64,000 nucleotides of DNA from Candidatus Omnitrophota bacterium (GTDB lineage Bacteria > Omnitrophota > Omnitrophia > Omnitrophales > Aquincolibacteriaceae). The DNA is taken from positions 218,404 to 282,403 of the forward strand of contig JAUYMS010000048.1 in assembly GCA_030698625.1 (NCBI GenBank). The letters run 5' to 3'. This document shows positions 42,493-51,866 of this stretch, in pieces. Both the position numbers and the translations under genes were made by a program. The notes below the pieces were generated by a model that saw only the letters and a list, made by a program, of their open reading frames with translations, did no database searches and was not told the DNA's origin. Every line of letters starts with the position of its first letter. Position 1 is the first letter of the stretch.

Positions 42493-44877
42493 ATGCTAAA
42501 AGGCTCGAGTATCTCGTCACGGCTCATTTTCGGATTTTTGGCTATTGCGCTTCTCGTAGCCGGGGTGAGCATTTTTTCCTTTCGTGAGCTGCGGAAGGTT
42601 GAAGGACCTCTTCGAGCTGATATCCCCCGCGCCCTGACCGAAATCGAAACCACATCACGCCTCGACAGCCTTGCCACGAAAATCCGCCTCTATGACCAGA
42701 TCCTGACGGAAGCCGCGCGCGAATATGTATCTACGGGCGATCGGCAATGGAAATTCCGCTATAAGGATTTCGAGCCCAAGTTGGATGCGGCGATCAAGGA
42801 GGCCATTCACCGCGGAGATCATGAGGACGAGAGTCTTTTCTCGGAGCTTCAGAAGGCGAAGCTCGTTTTTGTCCACGTGGAACTCCAAGCGCTCGGTTAC
42901 GTAGGGCAGGGTCAACAGGAAGAGGCGGCTCAAGTGCTTGAGAGCCTTGATTACTGGAACGCTAAACGCGAATACAAGAAAATTCTGGAAGAGTATGCTG
43001 AAAGACGCAACCAGAAATTCGACGACACCTTTCAAGTCACGGCGAAAAATGTTGAATCTATTGTTCAGGCGACGAGGAAAACGGTTCGTGATTCCATTAA
43101 CCTGCTCTCCATTCTCAGCGGATTGGCCCTTGTGCTCGCCATAGCGCTGGGAATTTTCATTGCGCGCTCAATTTTGAATCCGCTTCGATCCTTGCAGCAG
43201 GGCACCGAGATCGTCGGTAAAGGCAATCTTGACCATCGCATTGAAACCAATTCCAAGGACGAAGTCGGGCAGTTGGCGCGGGCCTTTAACGAGATGTCTC
43301 TGAAATTAAAGAATTCCTATGCCGGTCTTGAAGGCAAGGTGAGGGAAAGGACCAAGGAACTCGGCGATGCTCTCGAGGATCTCGAGAAAGCCAAGTCTCA
43401 GATCGAAGAAGAAAAGGCCAAGGACGAAGCCATTCTTGCCAGCATCGGAGAGGGCATGATTGCAACCGATCGAGAGGGCAAGATCATGATGATGAACAAG
43501 CAAGCCGGGCTGATGCTCGACTTGCGCGAACGGGACGTTGTGGGCAAAGTCTTCGGGGATGTGATCCGCAACCAGAACGATAAGGGGGAACCCATTACGG
43601 GTGAGCAGTCTCCTCTTTACAACTCGTTGTCGACCGGAAAGAAAATCGTCGCAACAGCCTATTACGAGCGCAAGGACAGAACTAAATTTCCTGCCGCAAC
43701 TACGGTATCACCGATCGTTCGCGACGGGAAAACAGTAGGTGCCATTGGGATATTTAGGGACATTACGCACGAAAAAGAAGTTGATCGGATGAAAACTGAG
43801 TTTATATCTACCGTATCTCACGAATTGCGAACTCCTCTCACCGTCATTCGCGAGGGGGTTTCGCTTGTCATGGATAACATCCTGGGGCCGACAACCGAGG
43901 AGCAGCAGAACTTTCTTAATCTGGCGCTTAGCGACATTGATCGCCTAGCCCGCATTATCAATAATCTACTCGATGTCGCCAAGATTGAGGCCGGAAAAAT
44001 GGGTCTCAAGCGGGAGCGAACTGATGTTAACGAACTTGTCCGGGATGTTGTTTCCACTTTCAAGGCCAGTGCCGAGGGCAAGGGGTTAAAAATCAGGCCT
44101 AAAGTTCCGGCCGAAAAACTCGAGCTTTATATTGATCGGGATAAGATCATCCAGGCCTTTACCAATATTATCGGTAACTCCCTCAAGTTTACCGAGAAGG
44201 GACATATTGATGTTTATATCGAAGATAAAGGAGAGTGCTTGGAATGCGGCATATCTGACACGGGCCGAGGGATGTCCGAGCAGGATTTAGCAAAACTCTT
44301 CAGCAAGTTTCAGCAGTTTGGCCGTACTGACGGCGGCGGCGAGAAGGGAACCGGCTTAGGCCTGTCCATCGCAAAGGGGATTGTGGAACTCCATCAGGGA
44401 AAAATCTGGGTTGAAAGCGAACTCGACAAGGGGACAAGCTTTAAGTTTCAAATACCCAAGTATTCCCCGAAGGAGCTCTTCCGTGGGTATGTTGTGCGCG
44501 GACTGCGCGACGCTGTCAACCAGGGCTCGTCGCTTTCGGTGTTTTCCTTTGGCGTCAAGGATTGGGAAAACGTGAGACGGGACCTAGGATCCAATAAATC
44601 TCCCGAAGTTGTGGAATACCTGGAAGATGCCGTGAAGGCGCACCTCAAGAACCGAGAGGACCAGACAGTCACTGACGATAACGCCGTATTGATGGTGTTG
44701 CCGGCCATTGAAAAGAAGAAGGCGGAGTTCGTTGCCGCGGATGTTAAAAAATCGTTCGCCGATATTTTGGCCAAACACGGATTCAACGGCAACATTCAGA
44801 TGGACTACCGACTTGCAAGTTATCCTGACGATGGTAGTACGGAAGAAGATCTGCTCTGTATCGTGAGAGGAACTTAA
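42493..44877 (+). CDS. membrane sensor histidine kinase: TM, ~190-aa periplasmic domain, TM, HAMP, PAS, HisKA, HATPase_c, degenerate GGDEF-like domain
   Basis: It is a paralogue of the 39677 kinase: the two share a long block from EEEK(L/A)KD...IATDREG... through ...[25 protein letters not shown]. It carries the HAMP motif (LARAFNEM). The C-terminal segment ...TDDNAVLMVLP...YRLASYPDDGSTEEDLL is GGDEF-like without the motif. Confidence 0.85.
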   Translation: MLKGSSISSRLIFGFLAIALLVAGVSIFSFRELRKVEGPLRADIPRALTEIETTSRLDSLATKIRLYDQILTEAAREYVSTGDRQWKFRYKDFEPKLDAAIKEAIHRGDHEDESLFSELQKAKLVFVHVELQALGYVGQGQQEEAAQVLESLDYWNAKREYKKILEEYAERRNQKFDDTFQVTAKNVESIVQATRKTVRDSINLLSILSGLALVLAIALGIFIARSILNPLRSLQQGTEIVGKGNLDHRIETNSKDEVGQLARAFNEMSLKLKNSYAGLEGKVRERTKELGDALEDLEKAKSQIEEEKAKDEAILASIGEGMIATDREGKIMMMNKQAGLMLDLRERDVVGKVFGDVIRNQNDKGEPITGEQSPLYNSLSTGKKIVATAYYERKDRTKFPAATTVSPIVRDGKTVGAIGIFRDITHEKEVDRMKTEFISTVSHELRTPLTVIREGVSLVMDNILGPTTEEQQNFLNLALSDIDRLARIINNLLDVAKIEAGKMGLKRERTDVNELVRDVVSTFKASAEGKGLKIRPKVPAEKLELYIDRDKIIQAFTNIIGNSLKFTEKGHIDVYIEDKGECLECGISDTGRGMSEQDLAKLFSKFQQFGRTDGGGEKGTGLGLSIAKGIVELHQGKIWVESELDKGTSFKFQIPKYSPKELFRGYVVRGLRDAVNQGSSLSVFSFGVKDWENVRRDLGSNKSPEVVEYLEDAVKAHLKNREDQTVTDDNAVLMVLPAIEKKKAEFVAADVKKSFADILAKHGFNGNIQMDYRLASYPDDGSTEEDLLCIVRGT

Positions 44878-44881
44878 TTCT

Positions 44882-45247
44882 ATGCCTAAAAAGATCTTGG
44901 TTGTCGATGACGAAACGAATATTGTGCTTGTGATTAGTTCACGGTTGAAGGCAAACGGGTTTCAAGTTGTTACGGCCGAATGCGGACGGGATGCTCTCGA
45001 AAAAGCGGACAGCGAAAAACCGGACCTTATCGTGCTGGATGTCATGATGCCTTCACCCGATGGCTATGAGGTGTGCCGTATGCTGAAAGGAGACCCGAAA
45101 CATAAGAACGTGCCTGTCATTATTTTGACGGCGAAGGTCTCGGAGCAGGACCGGTCAAAAAGCGCTGAATGCGGGGCAGATGCGTTTGTCACAAAGCCCT
45201 ATAGCCCGAGCGAATTGCTGGGAAAAATAAAGGATCTCATTCCTTAA
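44882..45247 (+). CDS. single-domain response regulator (REC only, PilH-like)
   Basis: Contains ILVVDDETN...DLIVLDVMMPSPDG...TKPY. Confidence 0.85.
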   Translation: MPKKILVVDDETNIVLVISSRLKANGFQVVTAECGRDALEKADSEKPDLIVLDVMMPSPDGYEVCRMLKGDPKHKNVPVIILTAKVSEQDRSKSAECGADAFVTKPYSPSELLGKIKDLIP

Positions 45248-45263
45248 CGCGGAAGGAGCATTG

Positions 45264-46985
45264 ATGCTGGTGGATCACGATCAGAATGCCTTAGGTGAAA
45301 AACTGGTTCAGGCAGGAGCCCTGACGCAGGAGCAATTCTCTGCGTCGGCAGGCGATGCGACTGCGAACGGGACTTCTCTTGTTCGTCAGCTCTTGAGCTC
45401 CGGCTTGGTTTCCAAGGCAAAAGTTTACGAGACCCTGGCCGACGTCTACGGGGTGCCTTACATTGATATTTCGAATTTTCAAATATCCCCGGATGCCATC
45501 AAATGCCTCTCGGGAGAAATCGCTCACCGCTACCGGGCAATTCCCCTCTTCAAGATCGGCGAGACCTTAAATGTCACTATGGAGAATCCTGCTGATGTGG
45601 GGGCTGTGGACCGTATTACTCAGAAAAGCAAATGCCATGTCGATGTCTGTTTATCGGCGCCCGAAGATATCGAAGAGGCACTGCGAACTCATTACGGTTC
45701 CGGCAACGCCATCAATGAGTTGTTGGCAACTTTTAGCAAGGAGAGAAGCCATCGGTACAGGGAATTGCAGAAGAAACCCGCACAGGGTTTGTCCTTCATG
45801 CCGGCTCCGGTCAAGAAGGAGATGGGAGTCAAGCCTGTTATTCAGCTCGTGGATCTTATCATCAAGCAGGCCTACGAGGAGGGCGCCAGTGATATTCACA
45901 TCGAGCCGGAGGAAAAGATGCTCCGCGTACGCTATCGGGTCGATGGGGTTCTGCATGAGGCCGCTGAGCCGCCCAAAGAAATGGAGTCGGAGATCATTTC
46001 CCGTATTAAAGTACTTGCTGAAATGGACATTGCCGAAACGCGCATTCCACAAGACAGCCGCATTAAAATGGATATTCAAGGAAAGAACGTGGACATGCGT
46101 GTCTCCACCATGCCGACCGTTTATGGCGAAAATGTGGTAATCCGCATACTCAAGGACGCCGGCGCGGTTTTAGACCTTTCGAGTCTGGGTTTTACCGACG
46201 AGATGAAAAAGATGTTTGAAGGCATCATCCGGCATCCTTACGGCATGATCCTGGAGACGGGCCCGACCGGTTCCGGTAAAACGACCACACTCTATGCGGC
46301 GTTACGTATGATCAATACCGTTGAGCGCAACATTGTTACCATCGAAGATCCGGTGGAATACAAACTGCCGCTCATCCGCCAAATTCCAGTCAATGTGAAA
46401 GCAGGCCTGACTTTTCCGACGGCCCTGCGCTCGATCTTAAGGCAGGATCCCGATGTCATTATGGTCGGTGAAATACGCGACCAAGAAACCGCGGAAATCG
46501 CGATCCAGTCTGCACTGACAGGCCATCTCGTGCTCTCAACACTTCATGCCAACACGGCGGCTGGGGTGGTGACTCGTCTTGTTGATATGCATGTGGAGCC
46601 GTTTCTGGTCGCATCGTCTGTAATTGGGGTCGTATCTCAGCGTCTTATACGGTCTATTTGTTCCAAGTGCAAAGAGGAGCACAAGCCGACCGAGCTTGAA
46701 TTGACAGCGCTCAAGTGGGAAGGTCCGGAGCCGCTGCCGGCCTTCAAAGGGAAGGGCTGCCGCCAGTGTCACGACACGGGGTACAAGGGCCGTGTCGGTG
46801 TTTTTGAAATGATGCGCATGAATGATCGCATTCGAAAAAAGATCGTGTCAAACGCGTCAGCGGCCGAAATTCAAAGTGAGGCACGCGAGACCGGTAATGC
46901 AAGTTTGCGCGACGATGCCATCGTTAAAATCAAGATGGGAATGACGACAATTGAAGAAGCGTTAAAGTCAGTCGAGATAGAATAG
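45264..46985 (+). CDS. type II secretion/type IV pilus assembly ATPase (GspE/PilB family) with N-terminal GspE_N/MshEN-like domain
   Basis: Walker A motif GPTGSGKTT, with Asp and His boxes and a tetracysteine cluster (CSKC...CRQCHDTG). The N-terminal roughly 150 aa are GspE_N-like. Confidence 0.9.
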   Translation: MLVDHDQNALGEKLVQAGALTQEQFSASAGDATANGTSLVRQLLSSGLVSKAKVYETLADVYGVPYIDISNFQISPDAIKCLSGEIAHRYRAIPLFKIGETLNVTMENPADVGAVDRITQKSKCHVDVCLSAPEDIEEALRTHYGSGNAINELLATFSKERSHRYRELQKKPAQGLSFMPAPVKKEMGVKPVIQLVDLIIKQAYEEGASDIHIEPEEKMLRVRYRVDGVLHEAAEPPKEMESEIISRIKVLAEMDIAETRIPQDSRIKMDIQGKNVDMRVSTMPTVYGENVVIRILKDAGAVLDLSSLGFTDEMKKMFEGIIRHPYGMILETGPTGSGKTTTLYAALRMINTVERNIVTIEDPVEYKLPLIRQIPVNVKAGLTFPTALRSILRQDPDVIMVGEIRDQETAEIAIQSALTGHLVLSTLHANTAAGVVTRLVDMHVEPFLVASSVIGVVSQRLIRSICSKCKEEHKPTELELTALKWEGPEPLPAFKGKGCRQCHDTGYKGRVGVFEMMRMNDRIRKKIVSNASAAEIQSEARETGNASLRDDAIVKIKMGMTTIEEALKSVEIE

Positions 46986-46987
46986 AT

Positions 46988-48241
46988 ATGAATTTCAAAT
47001 ATAAAATTCGAGACGGTAAAGGTCATGTGTCGACAGGTTTTGGCCAGGCCGAAAGCCGCGATTCGTTGATGAGGGAATTGCGTGAACGCGGATTTTCTCC
47101 CATCGCGATCATTCCGGCGGCCAAGGACGAGACCGGAAAGGCCGGGGGGAATACTGTCGCCTCGCGTAAGAAGAAATCGATCTGGAATATGAAGATTGGG
47201 CGGGTCGTCAAAGACGAAGACCTTCTCCTCTTTACCCGAGATCTCTTGAGTTTGGTCCATGCCGGTTGCCCTCTGGTCTCCGGTATTCGTGATGTGGCAA
47301 GCCAAATCAAAAACGTGCACTTCCGGGATATTTTGGAGAATATTAGCGATGATATCAATGCCGGAAGCAAGCTGTCGGAGGCTCTAAGGCGGCACCCTGC
47401 CGTCTTCTCGCCCTTTTTTGTTAATACCATTCAGGCCGGCGAGCAGTCGGGAAGGCTTGAGGCAATTTTGGGACGGATGATTCAGACTTTGGACAACGAC
47501 CTTGAGACAAAGATGATGATAAAAAATGCAGTAAGATATCCGGTTATCGTTCTGTGCTTTTTGGGCGCTGCGTTTACAGTGATTGTCACGGTGGTCATTC
47601 CGAAGATATCCGGTGTCTTTACGAAATTTGACACAGCGCTTCCGCTACCGACCCGTATCCTGATTGCGATTGGAAATTTCAGCCAATCCTACGGACTTTT
47701 TATCGCCATTGCGTTGATCGGCGCTGTGATACTTGTCTCGTTTTATAAGAAGACAAAGCCGGGCCGCTTTGTGTGGGACGGCATAATGCTTCGATTACCT
47801 GTTTTTGGGGAACTGATCAAGAAGGCGGCGTTGGTGCGTTTCGCCACCGCACTGCAGACTTTATATGCAAGCGGCATCGTTATTACGGATGCCCTTGCGA
47901 CGTGTGCAGTGGTTGTGGGAAACGAGGTCGTGGGAGCCGCAATTCTGCAGTCTGCCGAGCGTATGAAAGAAGGGCTTTCACTTTCAGAGGCGCTCAAGGA
48001 GAATCAGCTATTTCCGCCCATGGTCATCGGCATCATTACGATGGGAGAAAAGACGGGAAATTTGGAAAACATGCTTGCGGAAATCGTGGAACATTACGGC
48101 CGCGATATCCGCTACATGACAAAAACTATCGGCACATTGATCGAACCCATCCTCACGGTCTTTTTGGGCCTGATGATTTTAGTTTTAGCTTTGGGGGTCT
48201 TTTTGCCGATGTGGAACGTGATGAAGCTATTTCGTCACTAG
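46988..48241 (+). CDS. type II secretion/type IV pilus platform protein (GspF/PilC family)
   Basis: A 417-aa protein with two T2SSF repeats and three transmembrane helices. It lies 2 nt after the ATPase gene. Confidence 0.88.
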   Translation: MNFKYKIRDGKGHVSTGFGQAESRDSLMRELRERGFSPIAIIPAAKDETGKAGGNTVASRKKKSIWNMKIGRVVKDEDLLLFTRDLLSLVHAGCPLVSGIRDVASQIKNVHFRDILENISDDINAGSKLSEALRRHPAVFSPFFVNTIQAGEQSGRLEAILGRMIQTLDNDLETKMMIKNAVRYPVIVLCFLGAAFTVIVTVVIPKISGVFTKFDTALPLPTRILIAIGNFSQSYGLFIAIALIGAVILVSFYKKTKPGRFVWDGIMLRLPVFGELIKKAALVRFATALQTLYASGIVITDALATCAVVVGNEVVGAAILQSAERMKEGLSLSEALKENQLFPPMVIGIITMGEKTGNLENMLAEIVEHYGRDIRYMTKTIGTLIEPILTVFLGLMILVLALGVFLPMWNVMKLFRH

Positions 48242-48292
48242 AGTAGCAGCCGTAGTAACAGAAGTAACACTGAACCAGAGGAGGTAAGTCAA

Positions 48293-48685
48293 GTGAAGTA
48301 TTCTAAGAAAAATCAAAGAGGGTTTACCTTAATTGAATTGGTCATGGTGATCGTCATCCTAGCCGTATTGGGTGCCGTAGCCATTCCGATTTATGTCGAC
48401 CTGTCGGGTGAGGCGAATTCGGCGGCAGAGGAGGGCGTTGTCGGCGGTGTTCGCGCCGGCGTTGCGACCTACTTTATCGATCCGGCTCGCGGAAACCGCA
48501 CATCGTATCCGTCGGCATTAGGTACGGCCACAAACGCCGCTTGTAGTAAAACCAATGCGTGTTTCGCCACTGTGTTGCAACAAGGCGGCGTGACGCAGGG
48601 TTGGACAAAGACCGGTGCGTTGGCGTATACGGGTCCGAATGGCGGAACCTATACCTTTAACACGACGACAGGGGCCTTCTCGTAA
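48293..48685 (+). CDS. major pilin/pseudopilin with prepilin-type N-terminal cleavage/methylation signal
   Basis: A GTG start preceded by an AGAGGAGG ribosome-binding site. The class III signal ...QRG|FTLIELVMVIVIL is present. The protein is 130 aa. Confidence 0.85.
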   Translation: MKYSKKNQRGFTLIELVMVIVILAVLGAVAIPIYVDLSGEANSAAEEGVVGGVRAGVATYFIDPARGNRTSYPSALGTATNAACSKTNACFATVLQQGGVTQGWTKTGALAYTGPNGGTYTFNTTTGAFS

Positions 48686-48770
48686 GCTAGGCACTTCATC
48701 TTCGGATGGTGGTGGGTTAGTCGCGGGGATTCTCGGCGTCTGAGCGTGTGTCGTCTTATGCAAGCGTACA

Positions 48771-48805
48771 TATAAAGACTGCGAGTGATTCTAAAGACTG
48801 CGAGT
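48771..48805. repeat. tandem direct repeat, AAAGACTGCGAGTG x2 with a 20-bp period, in the pilin/pseudopilin intergenic region
   Basis: The sequence reads tatAAAGACTGCGAGTGattctAAAGACTGCGAGTGgttc, about 35 bp upstream of the next gene. Confidence 0.6.
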
Positions 48806-48838
48806 GGTTCGTAAACTTTGCCGGGGAAGGGTCAATTT

Positions 48839-49384
48839 ATGGGAGGAAAGCCGAAAAAATGGATTTCCGGTTTTACCGTCATAGAATTGGTCATGGCCAT
48901 TGTTGTTATGACGGTCGTAAGTGTAACGGCCGTCCCTATCCTGCAAAACCAGCCGCGGACGCAGGCTCAGTATGCAATTTATAAGGTCCGCTCCGATCTC
49001 CGTTACGCGCAGATGACCGCCATACAGACGCAGTTACGCACGCGTGTCGTGTTTAACTCTGCCGCTGAATCCTATGACCTGGAAATCGAAACTTCGCCCG
49101 GCACATGGGTCGCTTTGGCCGAACCCAATGCCGGCCAGAACTATAGCGTTACGTTTCCTTCTGACGCCGACTTTCCAAACGTGGATATCTCTGACGTCGA
49201 TCTGAATAACTTAAATACGGTTATTTTCGACAGCGTAGGGGCGCCTTTTGATGCGAATGACACTGCACTGACAGAACCGGCTTATATGGAATTAAATTCA
49301 ATTTACCGTATCGAATTCCAGAGACAGACCGGCAACATGCTCATTACTGTAGTGGGCGGCGGCGGAGGTCCCTGCGGGGGGTAA
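48839..49384 (+). CDS. minor pseudopilin (GspH/FimT-like) with prepilin N-terminal signal
   Basis: ATG at 48839. Contains ...KKWISG|FTVIELVMAIVVM. The C-terminus ends in a Gly run, GGGGGPCGG. Confidence 0.75.
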   Translation: MGGKPKKWISGFTVIELVMAIVVMTVVSVTAVPILQNQPRTQAQYAIYKVRSDLRYAQMTAIQTQLRTRVVFNSAAESYDLEIETSPGTWVALAEPNAGQNYSVTFPSDADFPNVDISDVDLNNLNTVIFDSVGAPFDANDTALTEPAYMELNSIYRIEFQRQTGNMLITVVGGGGGPCGG

Positions 49385-49387
49385 AAT

Positions 49388-49780
49388 ATGCGGCGACAAA
49401 CAACATTCCAGCGCGGTTTCACGATGATTGAATTGATCATCGCTATCGTGGTCCTCTCTATTGCTATCGGCACGCTGGGGAATGTTCTGGCCAATATGAC
49501 AACTCAGGCGGTATTACCAAGGTCTCTGAATACATCGACCCATTTGGCGGAGCAAGAGCTCGAGCGCGTCTCCGGCCTTCGGTTTTCAGCGGTTGCTAAT
49601 GAGGGCCCCACATCTTACACGGGGAATTTTTCGGATTACAGTTACCAGGTGGCGGTTTCCGCCGTGCCTGCAACCCTCGCGACAGATCCGGCGCAGGCGC
49701 AATACAAACAGGTTGCTGTGACGGTTTCCCATGCGACGGGGGGGTCCGTCACCTTGACGACGGTGGTAACAAACAACTAG
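49388..49780 (+). CDS. minor pseudopilin (GspI-like) with prepilin N-terminal signal
   Basis: Contains ...FQRG|FTMIELIIAIVVL. The protein is 130 aa. Confidence 0.75.
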   Translation: MRRQTTFQRGFTMIELIIAIVVLSIAIGTLGNVLANMTTQAVLPRSLNTSTHLAEQELERVSGLRFSAVANEGPTSYTGNFSDYSYQVAVSAVPATLATDPAQAQYKQVAVTVSHATGGSVTLTTVVTNN

Positions 49781-49782
49781 AT

Positions 49783-50361
49783 ATGATACGAACAATCAAT
49801 GAAAAATGTTTTCGCCAACGCACGAGCTCGCAAAGAGGATTCACGTACTTAGAGATGATAATGGCCATCGTGATCATCAGCGTGATCGCGACGATCGCAG
49901 GGCCCGTCCTCGCCATGGCGGTGGATGCCATTACTCTGCATCTCGACGACGCGAACCTGGGAGAGGGGGGACGGATTGCCATCGCGCGAATGACGCGGGA
50001 AACACGCCGTCTTAGGAACGATGAAAGCGTTGTCACGGCGACGGGTGTCGAATTTGAATTTGTGGATGTCGATGACGTGCAGATCCGATATCGGCTTGTG
50101 GGCACTGACTTGATGCGGCGCGAAAGCGCGGCAGGGACAGAGTCTGACTTAATCGCGCAGGTGCAAGCCTCAGGCCTTGCCTTTATTTACTATGACGATG
50201 ACGGGAATACGATCGCTACGCCGGCCGCCGGACTGGGAACCAGTACCGATATCAGGCGTATCGAAATCCAGTTGACGCTGAGCGACGGGACCAACGCGCT
50301 GCCGCTTGTTACGATTGTCAGACCGAGGAACTTGAGACATGAGTCAAATCTATTTTCGTAA
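49783..50361 (+). CDS. minor pseudopilin (GspJ/PulJ-like) with prepilin N-terminal signal
   Basis: Contains ...SQRG|FTYLEMIMAIVII. The protein is 192 aa. Confidence 0.75.
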   Translation: MIRTINEKCFRQRTSSQRGFTYLEMIMAIVIISVIATIAGPVLAMAVDAITLHLDDANLGEGGRIAIARMTRETRRLRNDESVVTATGVEFEFVDVDDVQIRYRLVGTDLMRRESAAGTESDLIAQVQASGLAFIYYDDDGNTIATPAAGLGTSTDIRRIEIQLTLSDGTNALPLVTIVRPRNLRHESNLFS

Positions 50362-51853
50362 ACGAAAAGAGGAACGCGGGGTCGTCCTCGTGGGAACGCT
50401 GGGGCTGCTGGTGTTTCTGGGCCTGTTTGGCGCCGTCGGAACTTCTGTGACGTTGAGCAGCGTTGCGGTGCATGCGACCCATATCCAGGGGACTCAGTCT
50501 CTGGCGATTGCCGACGCGGGAGCGGAGTGGTATTTAGAGCAACTAGAGGGTGATGCGGACTGGACAAATGAGGTAAATCAAACCCTGACCTTTGCCGAAG
50601 GCAGTTTCACTATTTCTATTGCTGCTGCGACAGCGGCTCAAGTCACTTTTACTTCAACGGGATCCGTAGTATCACCGTTGAGCGGGGTTACCGTTCAGCG
50701 CACGGTGACCATGACCGCAGAAAAGCTTCCGCCCGCTTTTAAGTTTGCTCTGTACCAAGGCCGAGATCCGGGGAGCAACTTTCGTCTTACAACGACAAGT
50801 GGTAATCACACGACCGTCACCGGCGATATGTGGTCCCGCGGTGTTGTACGCATTGATGTTAACAACTCGGTAACGGGAACCACATATGTTGCCGACTCGG
50901 AGAGTGTGATCGGAGCCGGCACGTATACTGCAAAGCTGATTGCGGCGCCTTACCTTTCGATGCCCGTCATTGATGCTACCGCCTATACGACACTGATCTC
51001 TGGTTACAACGCGCTACTGGATGCGAACTCGTCAACGGTGAGCCGGACGCTCACGAATACAAATTTTGACATCGCAGTGGCGAGTCCGGATTGTTCGGGA
51101 AGTCCCGTCGTCTGTAACTTCCGCAATTTCACGACACGTGGTTTAGGCGGCACCGTGAATATTACCGGTAATGGAACGATTTGTATCAATCGTACGGGCA
51201 GCTTACATAACGGCAGTCAGGTAAATAGCACGAGTAATCTCGTCATCACGCCCGATGCCGGAGGCTCGATTACCGTCATCACGAACCGGAATCTGAATAT
51301 CGGAAAGAACAACAACCCGACTGTCAGCTGTAACGGGAATTGCACTTTTTACTCGAGGACGCAGGCGAGTAATCAACGTCTTCGCATCTTCGGGCAAAAT
51401 ACGTCTCTCAACGACGTGCTGCTGATGAGTAACCGCAGGGTCACGGTACAAAACGGTGCGGACATCGGATCCGATAGCGTTGCGTTTGTGAATTATGCGG
51501 GTGATAACAGTAATAACCGCTTTGAAATCTTTGGGGCCGCCGGTGTGACGACCTTCGACGGCACCTTGATAAGCCTGTCGCGGCGTACCGATGGACTCAC
51601 GATCAGAAACGGCGGCGCCAGCAAAGCGAATGTCTCGGTGACGGGGCTCGTCTATGAGCGGGGAACCGCAACGACGGGGGGATGCTTCATTGAGGATGCG
51701 TCCGTGTCCGGGAGCGTGGTTTGTAACGTTTATCAGAATAATCGAATCCGAAACGCTGCGATTATCTACAGTACGGCCAGTTTGCCGTCAACACCGCCGG
51801 CCGGCTTTGAAAACTCCGTATCTGTCCAATCTAATTCCTGGGACGGACTCTAG
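50339..51853 (+). CDS. large PilX_N-domain/GspK-like pilus-associated protein; Ser/Thr/Asn/Gly-rich and beta-helix-like
   Basis: The N-terminus ...RGVVLVGTLGLLVFLGLFGAVGTSV resembles PilX_N. About 400 aa of low-complexity T/S/N/G-rich sequence follow, with many N-x-S/T triplets. Confidence 0.65.
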   Translation: MSQIYFRKRKEERGVVLVGTLGLLVFLGLFGAVGTSVTLSSVAVHATHIQGTQSLAIADAGAEWYLEQLEGDADWTNEVNQTLTFAEGSFTISIAAATAAQVTFTSTGSVVSPLSGVTVQRTVTMTAEKLPPAFKFALYQGRDPGSNFRLTTTSGNHTTVTGDMWSRGVVRIDVNNSVTGTTYVADSESVIGAGTYTAKLIAAPYLSMPVIDATAYTTLISGYNALLDANSSTVSRTLTNTNFDIAVASPDCSGSPVVCNFRNFTTRGLGGTVNITGNGTICINRTGSLHNGSQVNSTSNLVITPDAGGSITVITNRNLNIGKNNNPTVSCNGNCTFYSRTQASNQRLRIFGQNTSLNDVLLMSNRRVTVQNGADIGSDSVAFVNYAGDNSNNRFEIFGAAGVTTFDGTLISLSRRTDGLTIRNGGASKANVSVTGLVYERGTATTGGCFIEDASVSGSVVCNVYQNNRIRNAAIIYSTASLPSTPPAGFENSVSVQSNSWDGL

Positions 51854-51866
51854 AAAGGACAACTCT

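Noticed and set aside
45571-46140. 189-aa + strand ORF in an alternative frame of the GspE/PilB gene
   Set aside because: It overlaps the Walker-A region of the ATPase gene in another frame. It has no homology and an Arg/Ser/Trp-rich composition.
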